Source: Anaeromyxobacteraceae bacterium
GTDB lineage: Bacteria > Myxococcota > Myxococcia > Myxococcales > Anaeromyxobacteraceae
DNA length: 64,000 nucleotides
NCBI GenBank assembly: GCA_047602405.1
Contig: JASGHJ010000002.1
Location: 800,001-864,000 of the forward strand
Direction: 5' to 3'
A program made the position numbers and the translations under genes. Of the stretch, positions 52,642-61,731 are shown in pieces. How positions within the stretch are numbered: position 1 is the first letter of the stretch; the number at the start of each line of letters is the position of its first letter. The notes beneath the pieces were generated by a model. It was not told the origin of the DNA. It made no database searches and saw only the letters and a list, made by a program, of their open reading frames with translations.

Positions 52642-52857
52642 TCAGGCCTTCGCCTCCGGCAGGTCGTCGTCGGCGACGTCCTCCGGCGGCGGGTGCACGC
52701 CGAGGTCCTTGCGGAGCCTCGCGAGGTCGCCCTTCAGCTCCGCGCGCACCGAGCGGATCTCCGCGCGCACGTCCTCGATCGTGTACCGGATCTCCTCGGC
52801 GGAGATGCCGAGCGCGCGGCGGCGGAGCTCGCCGAGGAGGGCCGAGAGGAGGCTCAC
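52642..52857 (-). CDS. Small coiled-coil hypothetical protein
   Basis: GTGA overlap with bcp stop; host codon usage. Confidence 0.55.
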   Translation of the reverse strand: MSLLSALLGELRRRALGISAEEIRYTIEDVRAEIRSVRAELKGDLARLRKDLGVHPPPEDVADDDLPEAKA

Positions 52858-53345
52858 GACTTCTTCTTCAGCGGGCACGCCGCGATGGCGGAGTTCGGAT
52901 CGACGGCGTCGCTGCCCTCGACCACCTGCGCGACCTTGCCGTCCTGGCCGATGACGAAGTTCGCGCGGCTCGACACCCCGACGAGCGGCATCGTGCCGCC
53001 GTACTGCTTCGACACCGCGCCGCCCGGATCGGAGAGGAGCGAGTAGGGGAGCTTCAGCTCGTCCTTGAACCGCTTCTGCGTCGCCACGTCGTCGACCGAC
53101 ACGCCGAAGACCTGGGCGCCCTTGCCGGAGACGTCGGAGTACTTGTCGCGGAAGTTGGAGTTCTGCTTCGTGCAGCCCGGGGTGAAGGCCTTCGGGTAGA
53201 AGGCCAGGATCACCGGGCCGCTCTCGAGGGCCTTCGAGAGCGTGACGGGCTTGCCGTCCTGGTCCATGAGCGTGAAGTCGGGGGCCTTGTCGCCGACCTT
53301 GAGCGGCGTCGCGGCGAAGATGAGCGCGGTCAGGGCAGAGAGCAT
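52854..53345 (-). CDS. bcp: Peroxiredoxin (BCP/PrxQ)
   Basis: [18 protein letters not shown]. Confidence 0.9.
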   Translation of the reverse strand: MLSALTALIFAATPLKVGDKAPDFTLMDQDGKPVTLSKALESGPVILAFYPKAFTPGCTKQNSNFRDKYSDVSGKGAQVFGVSVDDVATQKRFKDELKLPYSLLSDPGGAVSKQYGGTMPLVGVSSRANFVIGQDGKVAQVVEGSDAVDPNSAIAACPLKKKS

Positions 53346-53444
53346 GGCGCCTCCTTAACGGGCGGGCCCCCGCCGGGCAACGCGGCCCGCGGGGCGCGGC
53401 CCCCCGCCGCCGGCTAGAACACGGACCACCCGATGGGGACGCCC

Positions 53445-53843
53445 ATGATCGAGAAACTGCACCTGACCGATGCCGAGTGGCAGAAGCGCCTGACGCCCGA
53501 GGAGTACGACGTGCTCCGCGGCCACGGGACCGAGCGGCCGGGCACCGGCTGCTTCCTCGGCACGAAGGAGCCCGGCACCTACGTCTGCGCCGGCTGCGGG
53601 AACCCGCTCTTCCCGAGCGGCACGAAGTTCGAGTCCGGCACCGGCTGGCCGTCCTTCACGAAGCCGGTCTCGGGGGACGCCGTGGTCGAGATCGAGGACC
53701 GCTCCCACGGCATGCGCCGGGTCGAGGTCCGCTGCGCCCGGTGCGACGGCCACCTCGGGCACGTCTTCCCGGACGGCCCGCCGCCCACGGGCCTGCGGTA
53801 CTGCATGAACTCGGTCGCGATGAAGCACGTGAAGGCGGGCTGA
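53445..53843 (+). CDS. msrB: Peptide-methionine (R)-S-oxide reductase
   Basis: [27 protein letters not shown]. Confidence 0.96.
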   Translation: MIEKLHLTDAEWQKRLTPEEYDVLRGHGTERPGTGCFLGTKEPGTYVCAGCGNPLFPSGTKFESGTGWPSFTKPVSGDAVVEIEDRSHGMRRVEVRCARCDGHLGHVFPDGPPPTGLRYCMNSVAMKHVKAG

Positions 53844-53986
53844 GCGCGGCGCCCGGCCCTCCCGGCGCGCCGCCGGAGCCCCATCCACTCCGGGTGCGAG
53901 GCGCCCCCACACGACCGCCTGACTCGACGGGGGTTCCTCCACCGTGGGTGGCGGTCCGCGCGCCGGAGCGGCGACGATGGCCGCCG

Positions 53987-54484
53987 GTGTTGAGCCTCCC
54001 CGACCGCTTCCCGGCCCGCCTCGCCGCCCTCGCCACCGCCGGCGCGCTCTCCGCCTGCGCCACCGGCTCCGGTGCCGATGGCTCCGCGAACGTCGCGGGC
54101 CGGAACCGCCGCGTGGAGGTGCTCGACCTCATGGCGAGGAAGGCGGACGCCGCGCCGATGGACACGGGGCCGGTTCCGGGCGGCGGCCGCGCGCGCGGGC
54201 GGTCGCTCGACCACGCGGTGAGCCGCACGGTCGAGGGCCACCGCCGCGCGTTCCAGTCCTGCCTCGAGCGCACCTCGAAGGGCCCGCCGGTCCGCACGCG
54301 CGCGACGCTGCTCCTCAAGGTGCGCGCGAGCGGCGCCGTCTCCGACGCGCGCGTCGTCGAGCGGCACGTGCGCGCCCGCCCGCTCGGACAATGCCTCGTG
54401 GACGCCTCTTACCGGATGACGTTCCCGGCGTTCGACGGCCCGCCGCTCGAGGTCAGGGTGCCCCTCGACCTGCAGGCCCGGTAG
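53987..54484 (+). CDS. Lipoprotein with AgmX/PglI (TonB-C-like) C-terminal domain
   Basis: Lipobox LSAC, FQSCLE...SGAVSDA...LGQCL...FPAFDG. Confidence 0.65.
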   Translation: MLSLPDRFPARLAALATAGALSACATGSGADGSANVAGRNRRVEVLDLMARKADAAPMDTGPVPGGGRARGRSLDHAVSRTVEGHRRAFQSCLERTSKGPPVRTRATLLLKVRASGAVSDARVVERHVRARPLGQCLVDASYRMTFPAFDGPPLEVRVPLDLQAR

Positions 54485-56804
54485 CGGGCACGGCGGACGC
54501 GCCGAGCCGGGCGAGCGCGGCCACGCTCCGGGGGTACGCCCAGCCGCGCCACATCGTCCGCGGCAGGTAGAGCGCCTGGAACGCGCGCAGCGCGCGCGCT
54601 GCCTCGGCGCCGCGCCCGTGCTCGGCCGCGAGGTCGGCGTAGAGGAAGCGCGGCGGCAGCCGCCAGGCCGTCACGGGGTGCTCCGCCGCGAGCGCGCGGA
54701 GCGCCTCGAGCCCGCGGTCCACGTCGCCGGCCCGCACCGCGGCCACGCCCGCGTACGCGCGGGCCTCCACGGACCCGGGCGCGAGCCCGGCCGCGAGCCG
54801 CGCGGCGAGCGCGGCCTCGCCCACCCACGCGAGCCCGGCCGCGTGCTCGGGGGCGTCGGCCGGCGAGACCGCGAGGAGCTCCTCGGCACGGGCCCGCGCC
54901 TCGGCGCGCCCGAGCCCGAGCGCGTGATCGACGCGGAGCGCGAGGTGGAGCGCGTCGCGCGAGAGCGCCGGCCGCTCCTTCACGAGCGCCGCCAGCCGGG
55001 CGTCGCCCGCGCGCGGATCGCCGCGGTAGGCGTCGAGCGTCGCGAGCGCGTAGGCCGCGAGCGGGCGGCCCAGGGTGCCCGCCGAGGCGAGCGCGGCGAG
55101 CGCGGCCTCGGCGTCCGCGTACCGGCCCGCGAGCACGAGCGCGGCCACGAGGTCCTCGCGCGCGACGAGCCCGCCGCCCGCGTCGACGCCGCTGCGGGCC
55201 GCGCCCTCGGCCGCCGGCAGCTCCCCGAGCCAGCCCCGGCCGATCGAGACCGCGTGCCAGGCGGCCGCGTCGCCCCGCCCCTCCCACGCCGCGATCCGCG
55301 CGCGGAGGTCGTCCGCGCGGCCGGTCGCGCCGAGGGCCTCGGCGAGGAGTCCCTGCGCGCGCGGCGAGCCGGGGTCGAGCGCCGCGGCCCGCTCGAGCCA
55401 GGGGAGGGCCGCCGCGAGGTCGTCCGCCGCGCGCAGCGTCGCCCCGGCCTCGAAGAACGCCTCGGGGTCGTCCGGCCAGCGGCGCGTCGCCTCGCGGTAG
55501 CGCGCGAGCGCCTCCTCCGGGCGCCGGTCGATGCGGGCCTTCCAGGCCTGCGCGAGGAGCCGCTCCTTGTCGGGCGCGCCGCGGGCGTGCTCGAGCGCCT
55601 TCTCGATGGCGAAGCGCTGCTCGGCGCGGTCGCCGCCCTCGCTCGCGCTCCAGGCGGCGAGCCGGTACCACGCGGCCGCGAAGGCGGGATCGCGGGCGAG
55701 CGCGTTGCGGAAGAGCGCGCCGCAGTCCTCGCCGAGCGTCGGCCGCGTCGCGCACTCGGTGCCGAGGACGTACCAGCGGTGGGCCTCGGCGTCGGCGGCG
55801 CCGGCGCGCACGCTGCCGGGGTGGGGCCCCGACGAGCTTTGCTCGGCGGGGCGGGGGGCGCCGAGCCCCCCGCGAGACGCAGCATCGGGCGCCGCGCGCC
55901 CGGCGAGGTAGCCGACGACGGCGGCCGCGACGGCGAGCACCCCGCCCGCCGCGAGCGCGAGGCGCAGCCGCCGCCGCCCGGGCCGGAGCTTTCGCCCCGC
56001 GTCCTCGAGCGCCGCGAGGAACGCGGCGGCGCTCGCCGGGCGCCGGGCCGGGTCCGGATCGCGCGCGTTCGCGGCGAGCGCCCGGAGCGCGGTGGGCGCG
56101 CCGGCCCCGTCGCCGAGCGCGTCGCCGAGGAGCACGCCGAGCGCGAAGAGATCGGTGCGGGCGTCCTCGGCGCCGCCGGCCCGCTGCTCCGGCGCCATGT
56201 AGCCCGGCGTGCCGCCCTTCACGCCGTCGCGGCCGAAGACGTGGGCGAGGCCGAAGTCGAGCACCTTCACCTCGCCGCCCGCGGTCAGGAAGACGTTGCC
56301 GGGCTTGAGATCGCGGTGCAGCACGCCGCGCGCGTGGGCGTGCTCGAGGGCCCGCCCCACCGCGCGCGCCACCTGCACGGCCTCGCGGGCGGGGAGCGGC
56401 CCGCGAACGAGCCGGTCGGCGAGCGTCTCGCCCTCGAGGAGCTCGAGCACGAGGTACGGCCCGGCCTCCGAGCGCCCGACGTCGTGGAGGGTGACGATGT
56501 TGGGGTGGTGGAGCGCCGCGACCGCGGCCGCCTCGCGCGCGAGCAGCGCCTCGCGGGCGGGGTCGCGCGCGCGCCGGCCGGGCCGGACCGCCTTGAAGGC
56601 GACGCGCCGCCCGAGCTCGACGTCGCGCGCCTCGAGCACGACCCCGAAGCCGCCGCGACCGAGCTCCCGCACGAGCTCGAAGCGGCCGACCCGCTCGCCG
56701 GGGCGCGGCGCGCGGGCCCAGGCGTCCGCGAGGTCGGCCTCGGGGGCGCTCGCGAGCTCGGCGATGAGGGCGGACAGCCCGCCCCGCTCGGCGGGCGCTC
56801 TCAC
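54453..56804 (-). CDS. Membrane Ser/Thr protein kinase with TPR region
   Basis: LGRGGFGVV, HRDLKPGN, DFGLA, GTPGYMAPE, TM, TPR. Confidence 0.92.
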   Translation of the reverse strand: MRAPAERGGLSALIAELASAPEADLADAWARAPRPGERVGRFELVRELGRGGFGVVLEARDVELGRRVAFKAVRPGRRARDPAREALLAREAAAVAALHHPNIVTLHDVGRSEAGPYLVLELLEGETLADRLVRGPLPAREAVQVARAVGRALEHAHARGVLHRDLKPGNVFLTAGGEVKVLDFGLAHVFGRDGVKGGTPGYMAPEQRAGGAEDARTDLFALGVLLGDALGDGAGAPTALRALAANARDPDPARRPASAAAFLAALEDAGRKLRPGRRRLRLALAAGGVLAVAAAVVGYLAGRAAPDAASRGGLGAPRPAEQSSSGPHPGSVRAGAADAEAHRWYVLGTECATRPTLGEDCGALFRNALARDPAFAAAWYRLAAWSASEGGDRAEQRFAIEKALEHARGAPDKERLLAQAWKARIDRRPEEALARYREATRRWPDDPEAFFEAGATLRAADDLAAALPWLERAAALDPGSPRAQGLLAEALGATGRADDLRARIAAWEGRGDAAAWHAVSIGRGWLGELPAAEGAARSGVDAGGGLVAREDLVAALVLAGRYADAEAALAALASAGTLGRPLAAYALATLDAYRGDPRAGDARLAALVKERPALSRDALHLALRVDHALGLGRAEARARAEELLAVSPADAPEHAAGLAWVGEAALAARLAAGLAPGSVEARAYAGVAAVRAGDVDRGLEALRALAAEHPVTAWRLPPRFLYADLAAEHGRGAEAARALRAFQALYLPRTMWRGWAYPRSVAALARLGASAVPATGPAGRGAP

Positions 56805-56806
56805 GG

Positions 56807-57375
56807 TCAGTCGACGAGCCCGCGCTCGCGGGCGAGCCCGGCGAGCCGGTCCTTGAGCCGCTCGAAGCGCTTGCGGAGGGCGGCGGGCGAGACGTCCTCG
56901 CCGGTCTCGGCGAGCGCGGCGGCGACCTCGTCCCACTCGAGCCCGCGATCCACGCGCAGGACGAGCAGCGTGCGGTCCTCGGGGGAGAGCTCCGCGCGGA
57001 GCTGGGCGAGCCGGTCGCGCCTCGAGCCGGGCTCGTGGCCCGAGTCCGGCGCGATCGAGGCCGCGAGCCGCGACGCCATGCTCGTCGGCAGGTGCTCCCG
57101 CCGGACCTTGTAGCCCTCCCGCATGACCCGGGCGGCGGCGCGGTAGGCGACCCGGTACGCCCAGCCCCGGAGCGAGCACTCGAACCGGAAGCCGGGCAGC
57201 CCCTTCCAGAGATATCCTCCGCGAAGAGCGAGAAGGCATCCCGCGCGTCGTCCGGCTCCAGCATCGAGAAGAGGTAACCGAGCACGCCGGGGCCGAGGGC
57301 CTCGAGCGCGCGCGTCGCGGCGGTCGCCTGCTGCCCGGCGGCGAGCTCTTCCCGGATCTGCCCCTCGAGGTCCAC
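56807..57375 (-). CDS. ECF sigma factor (frameshift near 57212)
   Basis: EDLWKGLPGFRFECSLRGWAY (region 2, after correction); LVLRVDRGLEWDEVA...LRKRFER (region 4). Confidence 0.82.
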
Positions 57376-57473
57376 GTCGGGAGTGTACCGTCCCGTCCGC
57401 CCCCCGAGGTAGCGGACGGCCGGGCCGACAACGTCCGCCCGTCCGGGGCGGTCCGTGGTTGAATCACGGGCGC

Positions 57474-60134
57474 ATGCGCCTCCCAGCACGCACTCCGTCC
57501 GAGGCCGAGGGGCTCGCGGCCCTCGCCGCGGAGATTGGCGGCAAGGGGGCCGGGCTCGCCGCGCTCACCGGGCTCGGCATGCCGGTGCCGCCGTGGGTGC
57601 CCGTGCTCGCCTCCACCTGCGACCGCGTGCTCGCCCGCGCCCGGCCCGAGATCGACGCCGCGCTCGTCGGGCTCGGCGCGGGCCCGCTCGACCGCGCCGC
57701 GTGCGAGGACGCCGCGCGCCGGATCGCCCGGGCCATCCGCGAGGCGGGCTTCGTGCCCGCCGACGCCGCCCGCCTCGAGGCCGACCTCGGCCGCGCGTTC
57801 CCGGACGATCCCCAGGTGGCGGTCCGCTCGTCGGCCGTCGGCGAGGACGGCGAGCTCGACTCGTTCGCGGGCCAGCTCGACACCTTCCTCGCGGTCCCGC
57901 GCGCGGAGGTGAAGGAGCGGGTGCTCGACGCCCTCGCGTCCGCCTTCGGCGCGCGCGCGCTGCTCTACCGGCGCGCCCGCGGCCTGCCGCTCGACGGCAT
58001 CCGCGCGGCGGTGATTGTGCAGCGGCTCGTGCCGGCCCGGCGCTCGGGCGTGATCTTCACGGCCAACCCCACGACCGGCGACGCCTCGGAGGCGGTCGTG
58101 GTCGCGGGCTTCGGCCTCGGCGAGGGCGTGGTCGAGGGCCGGGTCGCCGTCGACGAGTGGACCTGCGAGCTCGCCTCGGGCGCCGTGCGCCGCGCGGTAC
58201 CCGCCTCGAAGCGGACCCGGGTGGTGGCGGCGGCGGAGGGCGGGACGCGCGAGGAGCCGGTGCCGCCGTCCGACGTCGAGTTCCCGGCGCTCTCCGAGGC
58301 CGAGGTCGCGCGGCTCGTGGAGCTGGGGCGCGAGATTGGGGCGGCCGCGGGCGTCCCGCAGGACGTCGAGTGGGCCATCGATCCGGCCGGGAAGCCCTGG
58401 ATCCTCCAGGCGCGGGCGATCACCACGCTCGCGCGCGGGCGCGAGCACGTCTTCGACGGCGCGAGCGTCGTCGAGGGCTACCCCGGCCTCACCCGCCCGC
58501 TCACCTTCACGACGCTCTGCCGCTCGCAGGCGGCGTCGCTGCGCGAGGCGGCCCGCCAGCTCGGCGTCCCGGACGACGTGCTCGACCGCGAGGGCCGGGT
58601 CTTCGACCAGCTCTACGCGCTCGTCGAGGGCCGGGTGGTGCAGGACCTCGTCGCGCGGCGCCGCGTGGTCGGGTTCGCGCCGGGGCTCGAGTTCCTGCTC
58701 GACGGCCTCGACGAGCAGCTCGGCCTGCCGGGCCGGCCGGGCGACCGGACGCGCAAGCCGAGGCGCGCGGGTCGGCTCGCGCGGCTGCGCGGCCGCCTCC
58801 GCCTCCTCGCGCTGCTGCGCTCGCACGCACGGCTCGCCGAGCGGTACGTCGCCGCCGTGGACGAGGAGCGTGCGCGCCACGCCCGGCTCGACCGCGGCGC
58901 CCTCGACGCGCACGCGCTCCTCGAGGAGGTCGAGGCGCTCTCGCAGCGGGTCGATCGCCTCGCGGCGGCGGCGCCGCTCAACGACCTCTTCACCTCCCGC
59001 CTGCACGCCCTCGTCCAGCGGCTCCTCGCGCGCTGGGCGCCGGGCGACCCCGCCGCCCTGGGCGACGCCCTCGTCGGCCGCCTCACGAACCTCGAGAGCC
59101 TGGAGCCGGCCCGGTCGTTCGCCGAGCTCGCGGAGCTCGCGCGGGCGGTGCCCGACGTCGTGCACGCCCTCGAGTCCACGCTCCCGCCCGCGGAGGCGTG
59201 GGCCGCGATCGAGTCGGAGCAGGGGACGCGGGCGTGGCGCGGCGCGCTCGCCGAGCACGTCGACCGGTTCGGCGAGCGGACCGTCGAGGAGCTGAAGCTC
59301 GAGACGCCCCCGCTCGCCGAGCGTCCGGACGTGTGCATCGCGCTCGTGCGCCACGCGCTCGTCCCGAGCGCGCTCGGCCACGGCGAGGCGCCCGCGGTCG
59401 CCGAGGCCCGCGCCGCGGTGGAGCGTGCGCTCGTGGGCCACCCGCTCCGCCGGGCGATCCTGGGGTGGGCGGTGCGGCGCTGCCGCGAGGGGCTCCGCCG
59501 CCGCGAGGTCCTGCGGCTCGCGCGGGCGCGGACGGTCGGCATCGCCCGGACGCTCTGGCTCGCGCTCGGGGAGGTGCTCGTCGAGGACGGCCTCCTCGGC
59601 GCGCGGGCGGACGTCTTCTGGCTCGGCGCCGACGAGCTCTCCGGCCTCGTGCGCGGGCAGGCCCTCGACGTCGAGCCCGCGAAGGTGGTCGCGGCCCGCA
59701 GTGCGGCCTGGGACGCCTGGGCGAGGCGGCAGCCGGCCCCGCGCATCGTCACCCACGGCACCGTGCACGCCCGGCCCTTCCCGCAGGCGCCCCGGTCCGC
59801 GTCCGACCGCGCGGGCGAGCTGCGCGGCCGCGGCTGCTGCCCGGGCAAGGTCCGCGGCCCGGCGCGGGTGGTGAAGGACGCCGCCACGGCGCCGCCGGTG
59901 CGGGGCCACGTGCTCGTCGCGCCCTCGACCGACCCGGGCTGGATCTTCCTCATGGTCTCGGCCGCCGCGCTCGTCTCGGAGCGCGGCAACCCGCTCTCGC
60001 ACACCGCCATCGTCGGCCGGGAGCTCGGCATCCCGACGGTGGTCGGCGTGCCGCGCGCGACCGAGCGCTTCGCCGACGGCGAGACGCTCGAGGTCGACGG
60101 CGCCGCGGGGACCGTGAAGCGGGTCGCGAGGTAG
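57474..60134 (+). CDS. PEP-utilising phosphotransferase with rifamycin-phosphotransferase-like domain order
   Basis: GGKG, AVRSSAVGED, SFAGQ, DVEWA..LQARAIT; central domain; C-terminal TDPGW...SHTAIVGRELGIP. Confidence 0.88.
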   Translation: MRLPARTPSEAEGLAALAAEIGGKGAGLAALTGLGMPVPPWVPVLASTCDRVLARARPEIDAALVGLGAGPLDRAACEDAARRIARAIREAGFVPADAARLEADLGRAFPDDPQVAVRSSAVGEDGELDSFAGQLDTFLAVPRAEVKERVLDALASAFGARALLYRRARGLPLDGIRAAVIVQRLVPARRSGVIFTANPTTGDASEAVVVAGFGLGEGVVEGRVAVDEWTCELASGAVRRAVPASKRTRVVAAAEGGTREEPVPPSDVEFPALSEAEVARLVELGREIGAAAGVPQDVEWAIDPAGKPWILQARAITTLARGREHVFDGASVVEGYPGLTRPLTFTTLCRSQAASLREAARQLGVPDDVLDREGRVFDQLYALVEGRVVQDLVARRRVVGFAPGLEFLLDGLDEQLGLPGRPGDRTRKPRRAGRLARLRGRLRLLALLRSHARLAERYVAAVDEERARHARLDRGALDAHALLEEVEALSQRVDRLAAAAPLNDLFTSRLHALVQRLLARWAPGDPAALGDALVGRLTNLESLEPARSFAELAELARAVPDVVHALESTLPPAEAWAAIESEQGTRAWRGALAEHVDRFGERTVEELKLETPPLAERPDVCIALVRHALVPSALGHGEAPAVAEARAAVERALVGHPLRRAILGWAVRRCREGLRRREVLRLARARTVGIARTLWLALGEVLVEDGLLGARADVFWLGADELSGLVRGQALDVEPAKVVAARSAAWDAWARRQPAPRIVTHGTVHARPFPQAPRSASDRAGELRGRGCCPGKVRGPARVVKDAATAPPVRGHVLVAPSTDPGWIFLMVSAAALVSERGNPLSHTAIVGRELGIPTVVGVPRATERFADGETLEVDGAAGTVKRVAR

Positions 60135-60665
60135 TCAGCGCACGTGGCCGCCGGCGCGGTTCACGCGCTCGACGAGGCGGCGGGCGCGCGCGACGGCGTG
60201 GGCGCTCGCGCCTTCCACGGGCACGAGCTCGGCGCGCCGCAGGAACCCGGGCGTGCGCGCGAGGCGCAGCGCGATCGTGCGGGCGGGGTGGGGGAGGCGC
60301 TCCGCGAGGCGTGCAGCGGAGCGGTCGTCCGGCGCAGCGACGAGCGCCGAGGCGCGGAGGTGGTGCGCGGCGAGGACGGACGCCCCACCAGAGCCGTCGA
60401 GGACGAGATCGGCCGCGGTGATCGCCTCCTCGAGGTCCGGCGTGAAGAGGATCCCGTCGAGCACGCGCTGCCGCTCGCCGCGCGTGAGCGCGCCCGCACC
60501 GGTGGCGGCGTCCACGAGCGCGCGAACCCCAGTCGCGGCGCGCTCCAGCGCCTCCTCCGAAGGGTCGTGCAGCCGGACCGCGCAGCGCGCGAGCGCGCAC
60601 AGGAGCGCCCACGCGGCCTCCGCGTCGCCGCAGCCCAGGATCGCGACCGTCTCGACTTCCTGCAC
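60135..60665 (-). CDS. Degenerate 3-hydroxyacyl-CoA dehydrogenase NAD-binding-domain protein
   Basis: VAILGCG, DLEEAITAADLV, HPAR.I; short and lacks a full GxGxxG. Confidence 0.6.
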   Translation of the reverse strand: MQEVETVAILGCGDAEAAWALLCALARCAVRLHDPSEEALERAATGVRALVDAATGAGALTRGERQRVLDGILFTPDLEEAITAADLVLDGSGGASVLAAHHLRASALVAAPDDRSAARLAERLPHPARTIALRLARTPGFLRRAELVPVEGASAHAVARARRLVERVNRAGGHVR

Positions 60666-60740
60666 CTTCCCTCCCGGGAGGGGTGTATTCCGCCGGGGTT
60701 CGCGCTGGCAAGCGGGCGCCTCCGACCGTACAAATGAAGC

Positions 60741-61214
60741 ATGACCTGGACCCGCGCCGCCGCCACCCTGGCCGCCCTCGCGCTCGCCGCCTGCGGCCCT
60801 TCGAAGGAGGAGGAGCGCCTGAAGCAGCTGAAGCAGCAGTGCGAGGCCTCCGTGGGGGGGACGATCCGCGATCTCGAGATCACCTACGGCGGGCTCGACA
60901 TCCAGATCCGCGCGCTCGGGGTCGACCAGAGCGGCAACGTCGTGCTCGCCTGCGGCACCGACATCTCGAAGCTCCAGTGCACCTCCGAGGCCGATCGCTG
61001 CATCCTGGGGTTCTTCTTCCCGAGGTCGAACGACCCGGGCACCTGCGGCGCCACGGGCTGCTACTTCACCTGCGAGGTGCGCGCGGACCTCGCGGACCTC
61101 GCCGCCCACCAGGACGACCACCTCGCCACCATCTGCGGCGCGCGGTGGGACCAGCACCTGGAAATCCCGCCGTTCTATTACGATCCGTACCTGTTCGAAG
61201 TGAACCTCAACTGA
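60741..61214 (+). CDS. Cysteine-rich lipoprotein
   Basis: Lipobox LAAC, multiple Cys. Confidence 0.75.
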   Translation: MTWTRAAATLAALALAACGPSKEEERLKQLKQQCEASVGGTIRDLEITYGGLDIQIRALGVDQSGNVVLACGTDISKLQCTSEADRCILGFFFPRSNDPGTCGATGCYFTCEVRADLADLAAHQDDHLATICGARWDQHLEIPPFYYDPYLFEVNLN

Positions 61215-61222
61215 GACCGCCC

Positions 61223-61657
61223 GTGATCCGCACGCCCTCGAAGCTCGCCGTCGTCCTCGCTGCCGCCGCCGCGGCGCTCACCCTCGCCGCCTGCGGCGAC
61301 AAGTGCCCGACCGAGTCGCCGAACATCGACAAGGTGCCGAGCTGCACCTACCCGCCCGGCGCCACCGCCTCGGTGACCATCCGCGTCTGCGAGAAGTGCA
61401 ACCAGAGCGCGACCACCTGCCAGGTCGACATCCAGGGCAACACCATCCAGCTCGACCCGATGAGCGAGGCCTGCTCCGACGCGTCCTCCTGCTCCGGCGC
61501 CTCCTGCAACATCAACCCGAACATCACCTGCTCGTTCCAGGTCCCGGCGGCGACCGGCACCTACACGCTGCTCGTGTACGACCCCGGGACGGCCAGCACC
61601 AAGCAGGGCACGCTCACGGTGCAGCAGGACGCGGTGGCGAGCTGCGCCTTTCCCTGA
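61223..61657 (+). CDS. Cysteine-rich lipoprotein
   Basis: Lipobox LAAC, multiple Cys. Confidence 0.75.
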   Translation: MIRTPSKLAVVLAAAAAALTLAACGDKCPTESPNIDKVPSCTYPPGATASVTIRVCEKCNQSATTCQVDIQGNTIQLDPMSEACSDASSCSGASCNINPNITCSFQVPAATGTYTLLVYDPGTASTKQGTLTVQQDAVASCAFP

Positions 61658-61731
61658 GCCCTCGCGCCCTGCACCGATGGTAGAGTCGCCCTCCGCGCGC
61701 CGCACCCTGGCGGCGCACGAGGAGGGGCGAC

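Noticed and set aside
43074..57375. carG, MTase, queG, ygfZ and the ECF gene as true pseudogenes
   Set aside because: Only 1-2 base indels, with both halves fully conserved and no other decay; treated as probable sequencing errors
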